From assembly GCA_963752475.1 (NCBI GenBank), contig CAVVYR010000019.1, positions 1 to 64,000 of the forward strand: a stretch of DNA of 64,000 bases. The letters run 5' to 3'. Positions 40,886-50,520 of the stretch are shown piece after piece. A program made the translations under genes and the position numbers. The notes beneath the pieces are model-generated. The model was not told the origin of the DNA. It saw only the letters and a program-made list of their open reading frames with translations, and did no database searches. The stretch's first letter is position 1, and every line of letters begins with the position of its first letter. This DNA comes from an uncultured Chloroflexia bacterium (GTDB lineage: Bacteria; Chloroflexota; Limnocylindria; Limnocylindrales; CSP1-4).

Positions 40886-42229
40886 CTACTCGTCCTCGTC
40901 GACGACCTCGTAGCCGAAGGTCTTGGCCTCGTTGATGAGCTGGTTGCTGAACGCATCCCACGCCTCACCAAGGGTGCCTTCGCCGGTCAGGACCGGGGTC
41001 ACGGTCTGCTGCCAGATGCCACCGGTGTTGTAGAGCATGTAGGCGAAGTCGCCGCGGACACGCTCGCCCGCGTCGATGAAGGCCTCTGCCAGTCCGTCGA
41101 AGTCGGCGAAGTAGCCGTCGGCTTCGGCCTTCTCCAGCCACTCAGCCTGGACCGGACCGTAGGCGGGCATGCCGGTGGAGAGCTCCACCTGCCAGCGCGG
41201 GTCGCCGGTCACGAACTTGAGGAACTCGAGGGTGTTCTCGAGCTGCTCGCCGGTGATGTGGGTCGAGACCGACCACAGACCGCCGCCCTCGTTGCCAGTG
41301 AAGCCGGGGTCCTCGTCGGCCCAGCGCAGGGCCTTGGCTGCGGTCATCTCGCCGGCCGGGATCTGCCACGTGTCGCGGAACAGGAAGTTGCCCCACCACA
41401 GGGCACCCGGGCTCATGACCAGGTCGGGACCGACCTCCGGCGCCTCGGGGCCGAAGATGCCCGCGGGCGTCATCGCGCCACCGTCGATCATCTCGTCGAC
41501 CAGCTCGACGACGCGCGTGCAGCGCTCGTCGGTCGGGTCGATGTGGACCTTGGTCTCTGAGATGCGGTCGTTGGTCGGGCAACCGGAAGCCCACAGATAG
41601 CGGGACGGGGCGTAGACGTCACCGAGGAAGCCCGAGATCCTGCCCGGGTGCTCTTCCGCGATCTGGATGCCGAGGTCGCGGTACTCCTCCCACGTCTCGG
41701 GCGCGGCGTAGCCGTTCTCGTCGAAGAAGGCCTTGTTGTACCAGAGCACATCGGGAGCCTGGTCGTTGCGCGCGCAGCGCACGCCGCCATCGATGTTGCA
41801 GATGCCGTTGGCGCCCTCGGAGTAGCCCTCGAGGTACTCGGGGATGTCCTGGGACAGGTCACGTGCGTAGTCGATCTGCGAGCTGGTGGCCCAGGCGATG
41901 TCGTCGTTGGAGGGGAAGAAGATGGCGTCCGGCCAGCCTTCTCCCGCCTGGTTGAAGAGCGCGAACTGCTGCTGCAGCGTGGCGTCCGTGCCGATCTGCG
42001 CGATCTGGTTGATCTCGATCTCGATCTCCGGATAGAGCTCCTTGAAGAGCTCTGCCGCGGGCACGCGGGGCGGGTCTACCCAGACCATGATGGGGCCACC
42101 GGAGTCGGTAGCGTCGGGGCTTTCCTGGCCGCCCTGCGCCAGGGTCGCACTCGCGCTGGTCGCTGCCAGCAGCAACGCCAGGGAGCCTCCCGTCACGAGG
42201 CGCAGTGAGCTCTTGTGGAACGAACCCAT
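40886..42229 (-). CDS. extracellular solute-binding protein (CUT1 carbohydrate type)
   Basis: GGAGG RBS, signal peptide, LWYNKAFF..PETWEE. Confidence 0.88.
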   Translation of the reverse strand: MGSFHKSSLRLVTGGSLALLLAATSASATLAQGGQESPDATDSGGPIMVWVDPPRVPAAELFKELYPEIEIEINQIAQIGTDATLQQQFALFNQAGEGWPDAIFFPSNDDIAWATSSQIDYARDLSQDIPEYLEGYSEGANGICNIDGGVRCARNDQAPDVLWYNKAFFDENGYAAPETWEEYRDLGIQIAEEHPGRISGFLGDVYAPSRYLWASGCPTNDRISETKVHIDPTDERCTRVVELVDEMIDGGAMTPAGIFGPEAPEVGPDLVMSPGALWWGNFLFRDTWQIPAGEMTAAKALRWADEDPGFTGNEGGGLWSVSTHITGEQLENTLEFLKFVTGDPRWQVELSTGMPAYGPVQAEWLEKAEADGYFADFDGLAEAFIDAGERVRGDFAYMLYNTGGIWQQTVTPVLTGEGTLGEAWDAFSNQLINEAKTFGYEVVDEDE

Positions 42230-42330
42230 AGAACTTCCTCCCAAGGTCGTGGCCTGCCGGCCACCTGTCGGTCCCGACGTCTTCTCCTCCGCACCGGGAC
42301 GGCCGCAGGTTAGACCTCATCAGGGGCGGC

Positions 42331-42346
42331 TTGTCAACGTTGATAA
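42331..42346. promoter_or_regulatory. candidate LacI-family operator
   Basis: near-palindrome TTGTCAACGTTGATAA with perfect core TCAACGTTGA, in the divergent promoter. Confidence 0.6.
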
Positions 42347-42461
42347 CGATATCTAGGGCCTCAAGTGGCGGATAAATACATACCGCGGCACCGTCCTTTC
42401 AGCCGACTGAACAAGCTCGGACCTCTATCCACGCTTGAAACGGCTCGCTATACTCCCGCCC

Positions 42462-43151
42462 ATGGCTGAACAAACGAATGTTCACGACCCGGAGCTGCGC
42501 TTCGAGGACGTGCCGGGGAAGATCGGTGAGCGACTGACCAGCGCCATGGTCTCGGATTCGCTCGATGCGTCGGGGGTCCGTGGCCAGGTCATGGACGCAC
42601 GCATCGGCCCTGTGACGTCCGGTTCGCGGGCGGTCGGGCGGGCTCGAACCGTCTGCTTCGAGCCGAATGACCGGGACAGCGACGATCCCTACGGCGCAGC
42701 CATGGACTTCATCGACTCGCTCGGCCCCGGCACGGTCGCGGTCATCGCCACCGGCGGGGATGAGCGAACGGCCTACTGGGGCGAGCTCTTCAGCGCCTCG
42801 GCCAAGGGCCACGGGGCCGTGGGCACGGTCTGTGACGGACCCGTGCGCGACGTGGCCAAGGTGCGCCAGGTCGGCTACGACCTCTTCGCGCCGTCGTTCC
42901 GGCCGCTCGACTATCGTGCCCGGATGTACGTCACGAGCATGGCCCAGCCGGTCGAGTGCGGCGGCGTTCCCGTCGCGCCCGATGACCTCGTCTTCGCTGA
43001 CGAGGACGGCGTGGTGGTCGTGCCTCAAGCCGCGGAGGCAGAGGTGCTGGCACGCGCCATCGACCGAGCGACAGCGGAGAGCAACGTGCTCGAGGAGCTG
43101 CTCGGCGGTGCCAGCCTGCGTGAGGTCTGGGAGCGTTGGCACGTCCTGTGA
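42462..43151 (+). CDS. RraA / HMG-CHA aldolase family protein
   Basis: VSDSLD, AYWGEL, DGPVRD, FADEDGVVVVP. Confidence 0.85.
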   Translation: MAEQTNVHDPELRFEDVPGKIGERLTSAMVSDSLDASGVRGQVMDARIGPVTSGSRAVGRARTVCFEPNDRDSDDPYGAAMDFIDSLGPGTVAVIATGGDERTAYWGELFSASAKGHGAVGTVCDGPVRDVAKVRQVGYDLFAPSFRPLDYRARMYVTSMAQPVECGGVPVAPDDLVFADEDGVVVVPQAAEAEVLARAIDRATAESNVLEELLGGASLREVWERWHVL

Positions 43152-43447
43152 ACGGAGCGACGGATCCTCGTCTGCTGCTGCTTGCCGACGGTGACAACGT
43201 GCTCATCACCACGACCTCCATCCGGGCCGGTGAGACGCTAAGCGTGGATGGTCAGCCCGTGGACCTGGCGGTCGACGTGGCCCTCGGCTTCAAGGTGGCC
43301 GCTGCCGACCTCGCCGAGGGCACCACGGTCGTGCGCCTGGGCATGCCCATCGGCCGGACCACGGCTGGCGTGGCACGTGGCGAGGTCATCCACACCCACA
43401 ACCTCGAGAGCCTGTACATGCGTACCCACGCGCGAGGAGAGCAGTGA
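43148..43447 (+). CDS. SAF-domain protein (UxaA/GarD dehydratase small subunit)
   Basis: DNV, GFKVA, GMPIG, GEVIHTHNL. Confidence 0.85.
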   Translation: MNGATDPRLLLLADGDNVLITTTSIRAGETLSVDGQPVDLAVDVALGFKVAAADLAEGTTVVRLGMPIGRTTAGVARGEVIHTHNLESLYMRTHARGEQ

Positions 43448-44668
43448 TGGAGCTCACCGGCTACCTGCGCTCCGATGGGCGCAAGGGCATCCGCAACGTC
43501 GTCGCAGTGGCCTATCTCGTGGAGTGCGCGCATCACGTCGCGGGCCGCATCGGCGCGGGTATGGAGGACGACGTCCACGTCATCGGCTTCGGTGGCTGCT
43601 ACCCCAACGACTACGCCGCCATGATGCTCGAGCGATTGACCACACATCCGAACGTGGGCGCGGTCTTGCTCGTGTCGCTCGGCTGTGAGGGTTTCGACCG
43701 CGCCGAGTTGGCTCGGGCCATCGCGGCCTCTGGCCGACCCGTGGAGACACTGGTCATCCAGCAGGTCGGCGGCACGCGGGCGACGATCGAGGCCGGCCGC
43801 TCCTGGGTCAAGCAGGCGCGCGCAGCAGCTGGCCCGCCAGGAACGCGTGCCCATGGGCCTGGACGAGCTCGTCGTGGGCACCATCTGCGGTGGCTCCGAC
43901 AGCACCAGCGGCATCACTGCCAATCCGTCGGTGGGCCGGGCCTTCGAGAGTCTCGTGGATGCGGGCGCGGTGGCCATCTTCGAGGAGACCGGCGAGCTCA
44001 TCGGCTGTGAACACGCCATGGCCGAGCGCGCCATCACGCCCGAGCTGGGCCAGGAGCTCATCGACGCCGTGGAGAAGGCGGAGCGCTACTACACCACGCT
44101 GGGCCACGGCAGCTTCGCGGCCGGCAATGCCGAGGGTGGTCTCACCACCATCGAGGAGAAGTCACTCGGTGCCTACGCCAAGAGTGGCAGCGGGCCGATC
44201 CACGGGGTCATCAAGCCCGGCGACATCCCGCAGCACGGCGGCCTCTATCTGCTCGATGTCATCCCCGATGGCGAGGTCCGCTTCGGCTTCCCCAACATCA
44301 ACGACAACGCCGAGGCTGCCGAGCTCATGGCTTGCGGCGCCCACATGATCCTGTTCACCACCGGGCGTGGGTCGGTCGTGGGCAGTGCCATCAGCCCCAT
44401 CATCAAGGTCTGCGCCAACCCCGAGACGTACGCACGCATGTCCGAGGACATGGACGTCAACGCCGGCCGGATCCTCCATCGTGAGGCCAGCATCGACCAG
44501 GTCGGCGAGGAGATCTTCCAGCTCGCCCAGCGTGTCGCTGCCGGCGAGCCCAGCGCCAGCGAGGCCATGGGCCACCAGGAGTTCGTGCTGACGTACAAGA
44601 CGTTCGAGCCGGTCGGACCGGCCTGCCTGCCGTTGGTAGCGGCACCACCACCACCTGCGTCGGCCTAG
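43447..44668 (+). CDS. UxaA/GarD family sugar-acid dehydratase large subunit; apparent frameshift at ~43822
   Basis: [17 protein letters not shown], then [19 protein letters not shown] and FTTGRG in a shifted frame. Confidence 0.88.
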
Positions 44669-44678
44669 AGGAGGGGAG

Positions 44679-45137
44679 ATGCGAACGGTCGAGGAGTTCT
44701 TCGAGGACTACGAGATCGGCTTCGCCCGGGAGACCACCGGGCGCACGATGACCGAGGCCGACATCGTCTTGCATGCAGGGCAGACCGGCGACTTCTTTCC
44801 GCACCACATGGATGCCGAGTGGTGCGCCACGCAGCCGTTCGAGCGGCGCGTGGCACACGGCACGCTGGTGATGTCGATGGCCGTGGGCATGACTGCGGGT
44901 GACATCAATCCGCGGGCCATGAGCTACGGCTACGACCGCGTGCGCTTCGTAAGGCCGGTCCACATCGGCGACACACTCAAGGTGCGCGCGGAGATCACCT
45001 CCAAGTACGACCATAGGAAGCGCCCGGAGCAGCTGGGCATGGTCGAGGAAACGGTCACGGTCACCAACCAGGAGGCACAGGTCGTGCTCGTGCTGGTCCA
45101 CCTCTACGTGGTGGAGAAGCGCGGCGCGGCGGCCTGA
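44679..45137 (+). CDS. MaoC family hot-dog fold dehydratase
   Basis: [38 protein letters not shown]. Confidence 0.88.
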   Translation: MRTVEEFFEDYEIGFARETTGRTMTEADIVLHAGQTGDFFPHHMDAEWCATQPFERRVAHGTLVMSMAVGMTAGDINPRAMSYGYDRVRFVRPVHIGDTLKVRAEITSKYDHRKRPEQLGMVEETVTVTNQEAQVVLVLVHLYVVEKRGAAA

Positions 45138-45151
45138 CAGCGGAGGGGAAG

Positions 45152-45475
45152 ATGCAACGACACGGACAGCTCATCGGGCTCGATCCCGAGCGGTACGACG
45201 AGTACGCCAAGGCCCACGCCGATGTGTGGCCGGGCGTGCTGGCGATGATCAAGGAGTGCAATATCCAGAACTACTCCATCTACCACCACGGCGGCATGCT
45301 CTTCGCCTACTTCGAGTACGTCGGTGACGACTTCGAGGCGGACATGGCCAAGATGGCGGCCGACCCCGAGACCCAGCGCTGGTGGGACTGGATGATGCCC
45401 ATGCAGCGGCCCCGCGAGGACCGGGCCGAAGGCGAATGGTGGCTCGAGATGAAGGAGGTCTTCCACCTCGACTGA
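45152..45475 (+). CDS. L-rhamnose/L-fucose mutarotase family (DUF718)
   Basis: EY..AHADVWP, NYSIY, LFAYFEY, EVFHLD. Confidence 0.88.
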   Translation: MQRHGQLIGLDPERYDEYAKAHADVWPGVLAMIKECNIQNYSIYHHGGMLFAYFEYVGDDFEADMAKMAADPETQRWWDWMMPMQRPREDRAEGEWWLEMKEVFHLD

Positions 45476-45548
45476 GCGTGTGATGTCGCCCGAAGGTCGG
45501 GTTCGTCGATGAGCGGGCACATCTGGCGCTTGCCGCCACGCGCCACGG

Positions 45549-46310
45549 TCAGTCGCCCCTGTACGACTCCGCAGGGACGGCCTTGACCACGTCATCGTCG
45601 TAACTCAAGGTGACAGCCTCGCCGGGCTTGATGACGAGGAAGTCCTCGTTCCACTCGCCGTCGAGCATCCGCTCGACGAGGCCCATGTCGCTGAGCACGG
45701 ACTCGAAGCGCCAGCCCCGGTCCTCCGTTTCTGTCTGTGCGCGTTCCTTGGCCACATCGTCGGGCGCCATACCGGTCTCGAGGAAGGCTCCGCGTGAGTA
45801 ATGCTGCTGCCAGTCGCCGAGCGCCTCCATGAGGTAGTCGGCGTTCTCCTGACCGTACTTCTCGACGTACTCATCGTACGTCGCCTTCACGCTGTTCGAT
45901 CGCTCCGAGCTGCCCAGGAGCGCGCCCATGAAGGCGTTGCCGCGCTTGACGTTGTCCTCGGTGAACCAGTACGTGCCCGGCGTCGACTCCTGCTCCTGCA
46001 TGTAGCGCTCGCGTGAGCCCAGGAAGATGGTCACGCAGTCGTGCGCCCGGGGCAGCACCAGCGGTACGCGCTTCGACTTGAGACCGCCGGTAGCGCCACC
46101 GCAGTACCCGTAGCCCAGGAGGATGGCGTCGACGTCGGGATCTTCGGCCTCGATGCGGTCGACGTGCTCCTGGATGAGGTCGCGCAGCGGCAGCGGCTCG
46201 TTGTGCAACGAGGCCGAGAGGTCGCTGATGACGATGTCGTGCGGCGACTCGGCTGCGAGCGTCTGCGCCGGCAGCATGAGCATGTCGCAGAGGAGGAGTT
46301 GGAGCCGCAT
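45549..46310 (-). CDS. DUF1638 domain protein
   Basis: SLHNEP, ILLGYGYCG, PRAHDCVTIFLGS, GTYWFT. Confidence 0.8.
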   Translation of the reverse strand: MRLQLLLCDMLMLPAQTLAAESPHDIVISDLSASLHNEPLPLRDLIQEHVDRIEAEDPDVDAILLGYGYCGGATGGLKSKRVPLVLPRAHDCVTIFLGSRERYMQEQESTPGTYWFTEDNVKRGNAFMGALLGSSERSNSVKATYDEYVEKYGQENADYLMEALGDWQQHYSRGAFLETGMAPDDVAKERAQTETEDRGWRFESVLSDMGLVERMLDGEWNEDFLVIKPGEAVTLSYDDDVVKAVPAESYRGD

Positions 46311-46320
46311 GCGTCGATCG

Positions 46321-47013
46321 CTACGCGGACGCGGAAAGCGTCTCGGGGTTGATGACGCCGTCAGCTTCGCGCTCGCCGCGGGCGGCCTCTACCACGGCCG
46401 TGGCCACGTGGACCGCGCTCGCGGCATCGGGCGCCCAGCCGTCGGCACCGATCTCCCTGGCGAACTCGAGCGTGACCGGGGCGCCACCGACGATGACGCT
46501 TACGTGCTTGAGGTCGTCGGCAGCGGCCACGGCCTCGGTGACCTGGCGCATGTTTCCCATCGTCGTGGTCAGCAGCGCGCTGCAGCCGATGATGTCGGCG
46601 TTGTGCTCACGAGCCGCAGCGAGGTACTCGTCGGCACTGGTGCTCGTGCCCAGGTCGATGACCTCGAAGTTGGCGCCCTTGAGCATCATGGCCACGAGGT
46701 TCTTGCCGATGTCGTGGAGGTCGCCCTTGATGGTGCCCAGCACGGCCACCTTGTCCGGCTTGTGACCGGAGCCGATGAGCAGCGGCTCGAGCAGCGCCAC
46801 CGCGCCCTTCATGGCACGCGCGCTGATGAGCATCTCGGGGACGAAGATCTCCTGCCGGCTGAAGCGCTCTCCGACCACGCCCATGGCCTCGGTCATGGGA
46901 TCGAGGATCGCGTGCGGATCGAGGCCTTCCTCGATCGCGCCTTGGGTGATCTCGACCGCGGTCTCGCGGTCACCGGCCTCGACGGCCGCCTGGAGTCGCT
47001 CGAAGTCTGCCAT
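46321..47013 (-). CDS. corrinoid (B12-binding) methyl-carrier protein
   Basis: EIFVPEML, GDLHDIGKNLV, SALLTTT, VGGAP. Confidence 0.93.
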   Translation of the reverse strand: MADFERLQAAVEAGDRETAVEITQGAIEEGLDPHAILDPMTEAMGVVGERFSRQEIFVPEMLISARAMKGAVALLEPLLIGSGHKPDKVAVLGTIKGDLHDIGKNLVAMMLKGANFEVIDLGTSTSADEYLAAAREHNADIIGCSALLTTTMGNMRQVTEAVAAADDLKHVSVIVGGAPVTLEFAREIGADGWAPDAASAVHVATAVVEAARGEREADGVINPETLSASA

Positions 47014-47069
47014 GTCCTCCCTCGGGGGCTGCGCTTCGCTAGCGCATCGGGGTTCGTGTGAGCGTCACT

Positions 47070-47939
47070 CTAGCGAACGGGCGGCCCCGGCGTGCGTGCA
47101 CGGCCACGGGTCGGCTGGGGCGTATCGAGGCCAAGGTGCCTGGCTGCCTCGCCGCCCATGCGGCCGGACTCGATGACCCGCTGCAGGAACTCGCGCGTGC
47201 GCTTTTCGTGCGGGTCGCCGAAGACTTGCGACGGGGGGCCGTCCTCGAGGATCCGGCCCTTTTCGAGGAAGCAGATGCGATCGGCGATGTCGCCCGCGAA
47301 GCCCATCTCGTGGGTGGCGATGATCATGGTCATGCCCGATTCGGCCAGTTCTCGGATGACGTCCAGCACCTCCGCCACCAGCTCGGGGTCGAGCGCCGAG
47401 GTGATCTCGTCGAGCAGCAGCAGGTCCGGCTTCATGGCCAGCGCGCGCACGATGGCGACACGCTGCTGCTGGCCGCCGGAGAGTCGATCTGGGTATTGTT
47501 CGGCCTTCTCCTCCAGCCCGAACCGCTGCAGCAGCGCCATGGCCTCGCTGCGGGCCGTCTCCTTGTCCTTCTTGAGCGCCTTCCGTGGCGCCAGCGTGAC
47601 GTTGTCGACGACACTCATATGCGGGAAGAGGTTGAAGGCCTGGAAGACGATGCCGATGCGCCGACGGATGAGATCGAGGTCCACCCCGCGCGCCGTGATC
47701 TCCTCGCCCTCCACCACGACGCGTCCAGCGTGGATCGACTCGAGGAGGTTCACGCACCGAAGCAGCGTGGACTTGCCCGAGCCCGAGGCACCGATGAGGC
47801 AAACGACCTCGTGCTCGGCGACGACGAGATCGATGCCCTTGAGCACCTCGAGGTCGCCGAAGGACTTGTGCAACCCCTCGATGCGCAGCGCCTCCTTGCC
47901 CAGGGATCGTCCACTGGCGCCGACGGTTCGTGCGCTCAT
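47070..47939 (-). CDS. polar amino acid ABC transporter ATP-binding protein
   Basis: GASGSGKST, LSGGQQQR, DEITSALDPE, THEM. Confidence 0.93.
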   Translation of the reverse strand: MSARTVGASGRSLGKEALRIEGLHKSFGDLEVLKGIDLVVAEHEVVCLIGASGSGKSTLLRCVNLLESIHAGRVVVEGEEITARGVDLDLIRRRIGIVFQAFNLFPHMSVVDNVTLAPRKALKKDKETARSEAMALLQRFGLEEKAEQYPDRLSGGQQQRVAIVRALAMKPDLLLLDEITSALDPELVAEVLDVIRELAESGMTMIIATHEMGFAGDIADRICFLEKGRILEDGPPSQVFGDPHEKRTREFLQRVIESGRMGGEAARHLGLDTPQPTRGRARTPGPPVR

Positions 47940-48796
47940 CGAGCACCCGCCATCTGTCGCTTGCGGTCACGAGCCACCAGCCAGTCGACGAACCTGGACA
48001 TCGGGATGGTGAGCACCAGGAAGACCACAGCCACGACCAGATACGGCGTGTAGTTGAACTCCGCGGCCTGGATGATCTGTGCTTTGCGGAAGGCCTCGAC
48101 GATGCCCAGGAAGGCCACCAGCGCAGTGTCCTTCAGGAGGCCGATCGAATCGTTGAGCAGCGGCGGGATCACCCGTCGGACGGCTTGCGGCAGGATGACG
48201 TAGCGCATCGATTGCCCGGCGCTCAGCCCCAGGGAACGCGCAGCGGCGTTCTGGCTGGGATGGACCGACTCGATGCCGGCGCGGTAGACCTCCGCCACAT
48301 AGGCGCTCCAGATGAGCGTCAGTGCGATGACGGCAAAGAAGAACGGGCTGGACTCCAGGCCCGGGAGGCGCAGGGCCGGGATACCGAAGCCGAGCACGAA
48401 GATGACCAGGATGCTGGGCAGGCCCCGGAAGATGTCGATGTAGATGACCGCGGCAGCGCGGATGGGGAAGAAGACAGGCCCCGGAAGGCTGCGCATCACC
48501 GCTACGATCAGCCCACCGACGAGGACCAGCCCCTGCGCGGTCAGGAACAGTTGGATGTTGACTCGGAAGGCGTGGAGGATGTCGTCGAAGCGCTCGACGA
48601 AGACGTCGAAGTCGAGGAAGACGGCTTGGGCTCGTTCCCAGCCGGGCGAGTTGACCACGATGAACGCCACGACGACCAGCAACACGAGGGTGCTGGTCGT
48701 CGCGATCGCGACTGCTTTGGCGCCCGGCGGTGGATGCCGGAGCGCTTCGGCGAAGCGTTGGGACCGCGGGGGGCGTGTCGGTGTCGAGTCGCTCAC
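47936..48796 (-). CDS. polar amino acid ABC transporter permease
   Basis: FRGLP, AYVAEVYRAGI, LPQA. Confidence 0.93.
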   Translation of the reverse strand: MSDSTPTRPPRSQRFAEALRHPPPGAKAVAIATTSTLVLLVVVAFIVVNSPGWERAQAVFLDFDVFVERFDDILHAFRVNIQLFLTAQGLVLVGGLIVAVMRSLPGPVFFPIRAAAVIYIDIFRGLPSILVIFVLGFGIPALRLPGLESSPFFFAVIALTLIWSAYVAEVYRAGIESVHPSQNAAARSLGLSAGQSMRYVILPQAVRRVIPPLLNDSIGLLKDTALVAFLGIVEAFRKAQIIQAAEFNYTPYLVVAVVFLVLTIPMSRFVDWLVARDRKRQMAGAR

Positions 48797-48818
48797 GCTC
48801 CGCCCGCGGACGTTCGGG

Positions 48819-49730
48819 TCATTCGATGACGGGCACGCCCTGCGCCGCCGTGATCGTGGCGTCGTAGATGGCCTGCAGCTCGCCGCTGGCCTCGAGGGCC
48901 GCGATGGCCTCGTTGATGCAAGCGGTCAGCGGGCTGTCGAGGTCGAGGACAGCGCCGATCTGTTCCTCCTGCGCCGACGTCGGGAACTGACCCACGATGG
49001 TGCCGTCGGTCAGCTGCACCGCGACCGAGAAGAAGGCGCTGCCCAGGTCGAGCACCATGCCGTCGATCTGGCCGTTGTCCAGCGCCGTCACGAGGTCGGC
49101 GTTGTTGTTGAAGACTTGCGGCTCGTTGTCAGGCTGGATCTGCTCCTCGATGAACTGAAGGCTGGTGGTGCCAACAGCCGCGCCGAGGTTGTAGCCCTTC
49201 AGGTCGGCGATGCTGGAGACTGCGGTGATGTCGGTGCCGGCGTTCGCGACGAGCGATTGGTTGGCATCGAAGTAGGGATCGGTGAAGTCGACGTTCTCAG
49301 CACGCGCGGGTCGGATCGAGATCTGCGCCATGTGGAAGTCGAAGGGCTTGGGGCCGGGCTGGAAGGCAAGGCTGAACTCCGTGTTCTGCAGCCAATCCAC
49401 CTGCTCGTCGCTGAAGCCCAGGGCGTGCGCGATGGCGTAGGCGACGCCACCTTCGAGTCCTTCACCGCTCGGCGGGTAGCTGAACTCCCAGCCGCTGTCC
49501 GGGTCGACCGAAGGGTCACCACCCCACCACGGGCCGTAGGCCGGGTTGTCGGTGCTGAGCGTCAGGCGCCCGGGGTTCTTGAGCATGTCGTCAAGGTTGG
49601 CTGCTTGGCAGGCCTCGCTGACCATGGCTCCTTCGTGGTTGTCAGCCAGTGCCGCAAGCGGACTCGCGACAAGGGCAATGGTCGCTGCTCCTGCGGCGAG
49701 CACGCTTGCTCGTCGGCGGATCTCGGTCAT
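48819..49730 (-). CDS. polar amino acid ABC transporter substrate-binding protein
   Basis: GAGGAG RBS, signal peptide, VDFTDPYF, GTTS. Confidence 0.88.
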   Translation of the reverse strand: MTEIRRRASVLAAGAATIALVASPLAALADNHEGAMVSEACQAANLDDMLKNPGRLTLSTDNPAYGPWWGGDPSVDPDSGWEFSYPPSGEGLEGGVAYAIAHALGFSDEQVDWLQNTEFSLAFQPGPKPFDFHMAQISIRPARAENVDFTDPYFDANQSLVANAGTDITAVSSIADLKGYNLGAAVGTTSLQFIEEQIQPDNEPQVFNNNADLVTALDNGQIDGMVLDLGSAFFSVAVQLTDGTIVGQFPTSAQEEQIGAVLDLDSPLTACINEAIAALEASGELQAIYDATITAAQGVPVIE

Positions 49731-49809
49731 CTGGGCACCCTCCTCGTAGGTGTCTTGTGGGAAGCGCAATGGTCCCACAGCGCAGCAAGGAATGCCGTCC
49801 CGTGCCAGC

Positions 49810-50514
49810 ATGCGCAACGTGATGGACCCGAGCGCGCCACTGGGCTATCGAGGAGCGCAGTCTCCGCCACCCCAGCAACCGCCGCAGGGTGGACCCGGTG
49901 TACCTGTGGGCTCGCCGCCGGGACGGACCGGAGCACCCCCGGCCTACGCGCCGCCGCCCCCTGGCTACCAGCAGCGACCCTCGGGGCCGCCGCCGATGTA
50001 TGCACCACCGCAGCAGCCGCCCAAGCGCAAGAAGCGCACGCCGGCCAGCGACCCCGGCGGCCTCGTGGCCGGACTCGTCATCGCCGGCATCGGGCTCTTC
50101 TTCCTGGCTGGCCAGCTGGAGCCGGACATCGGCCGTTTCGTGACCGTCTTCATCGGTCTCGCGCTGCTGGCGGTGTTCGTGGTCACGCGCGAGTACGGCT
50201 TCCTCGTGCCGGGCTCGATCCTCACCGGTGTGGGCATCGGGATCGTGCTCGATTCGGCTGCCAGCGGGCAGGCCGAGAGCGGCGTGATGATGCTGGCGCT
50301 CGCCGGCGGCTTCCTCGGCATCTGGGTCATCGGCTCGATCTACCGCTTGTCTGAGAACCATTGGTGGCCGCTGATCCCCGGCGGCATCCTCACGCTCATC
50401 GGCATGGTCCAGCTGACTCGCACGGACGTGGCCGGCGCCCTGCGTCTGTGGCCGGTCGTACTCATCGTGCTGGGCGCGTTCCTGCTCGCCAAGGCCATCA
50501 CCCGCCGCGACTGA
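49810..50514 (+). CDS. membrane protein with Pro-rich N-terminus (LiaF/DUF5668-like)
   Basis: ~7 hydrophobic segments, LWPVVLIVLG. Confidence 0.7.
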   Translation: MRNVMDPSAPLGYRGAQSPPPQQPPQGGPGVPVGSPPGRTGAPPAYAPPPPGYQQRPSGPPPMYAPPQQPPKRKKRTPASDPGGLVAGLVIAGIGLFFLAGQLEPDIGRFVTVFIGLALLAVFVVTREYGFLVPGSILTGVGIGIVLDSAASGQAESGVMMLALAGGFLGIWVIGSIYRLSENHWWPLIPGGILTLIGMVQLTRTDVAGALRLWPVVLIVLGAFLLAKAITRRD

Positions 50515-50520
50515 CGTCCC

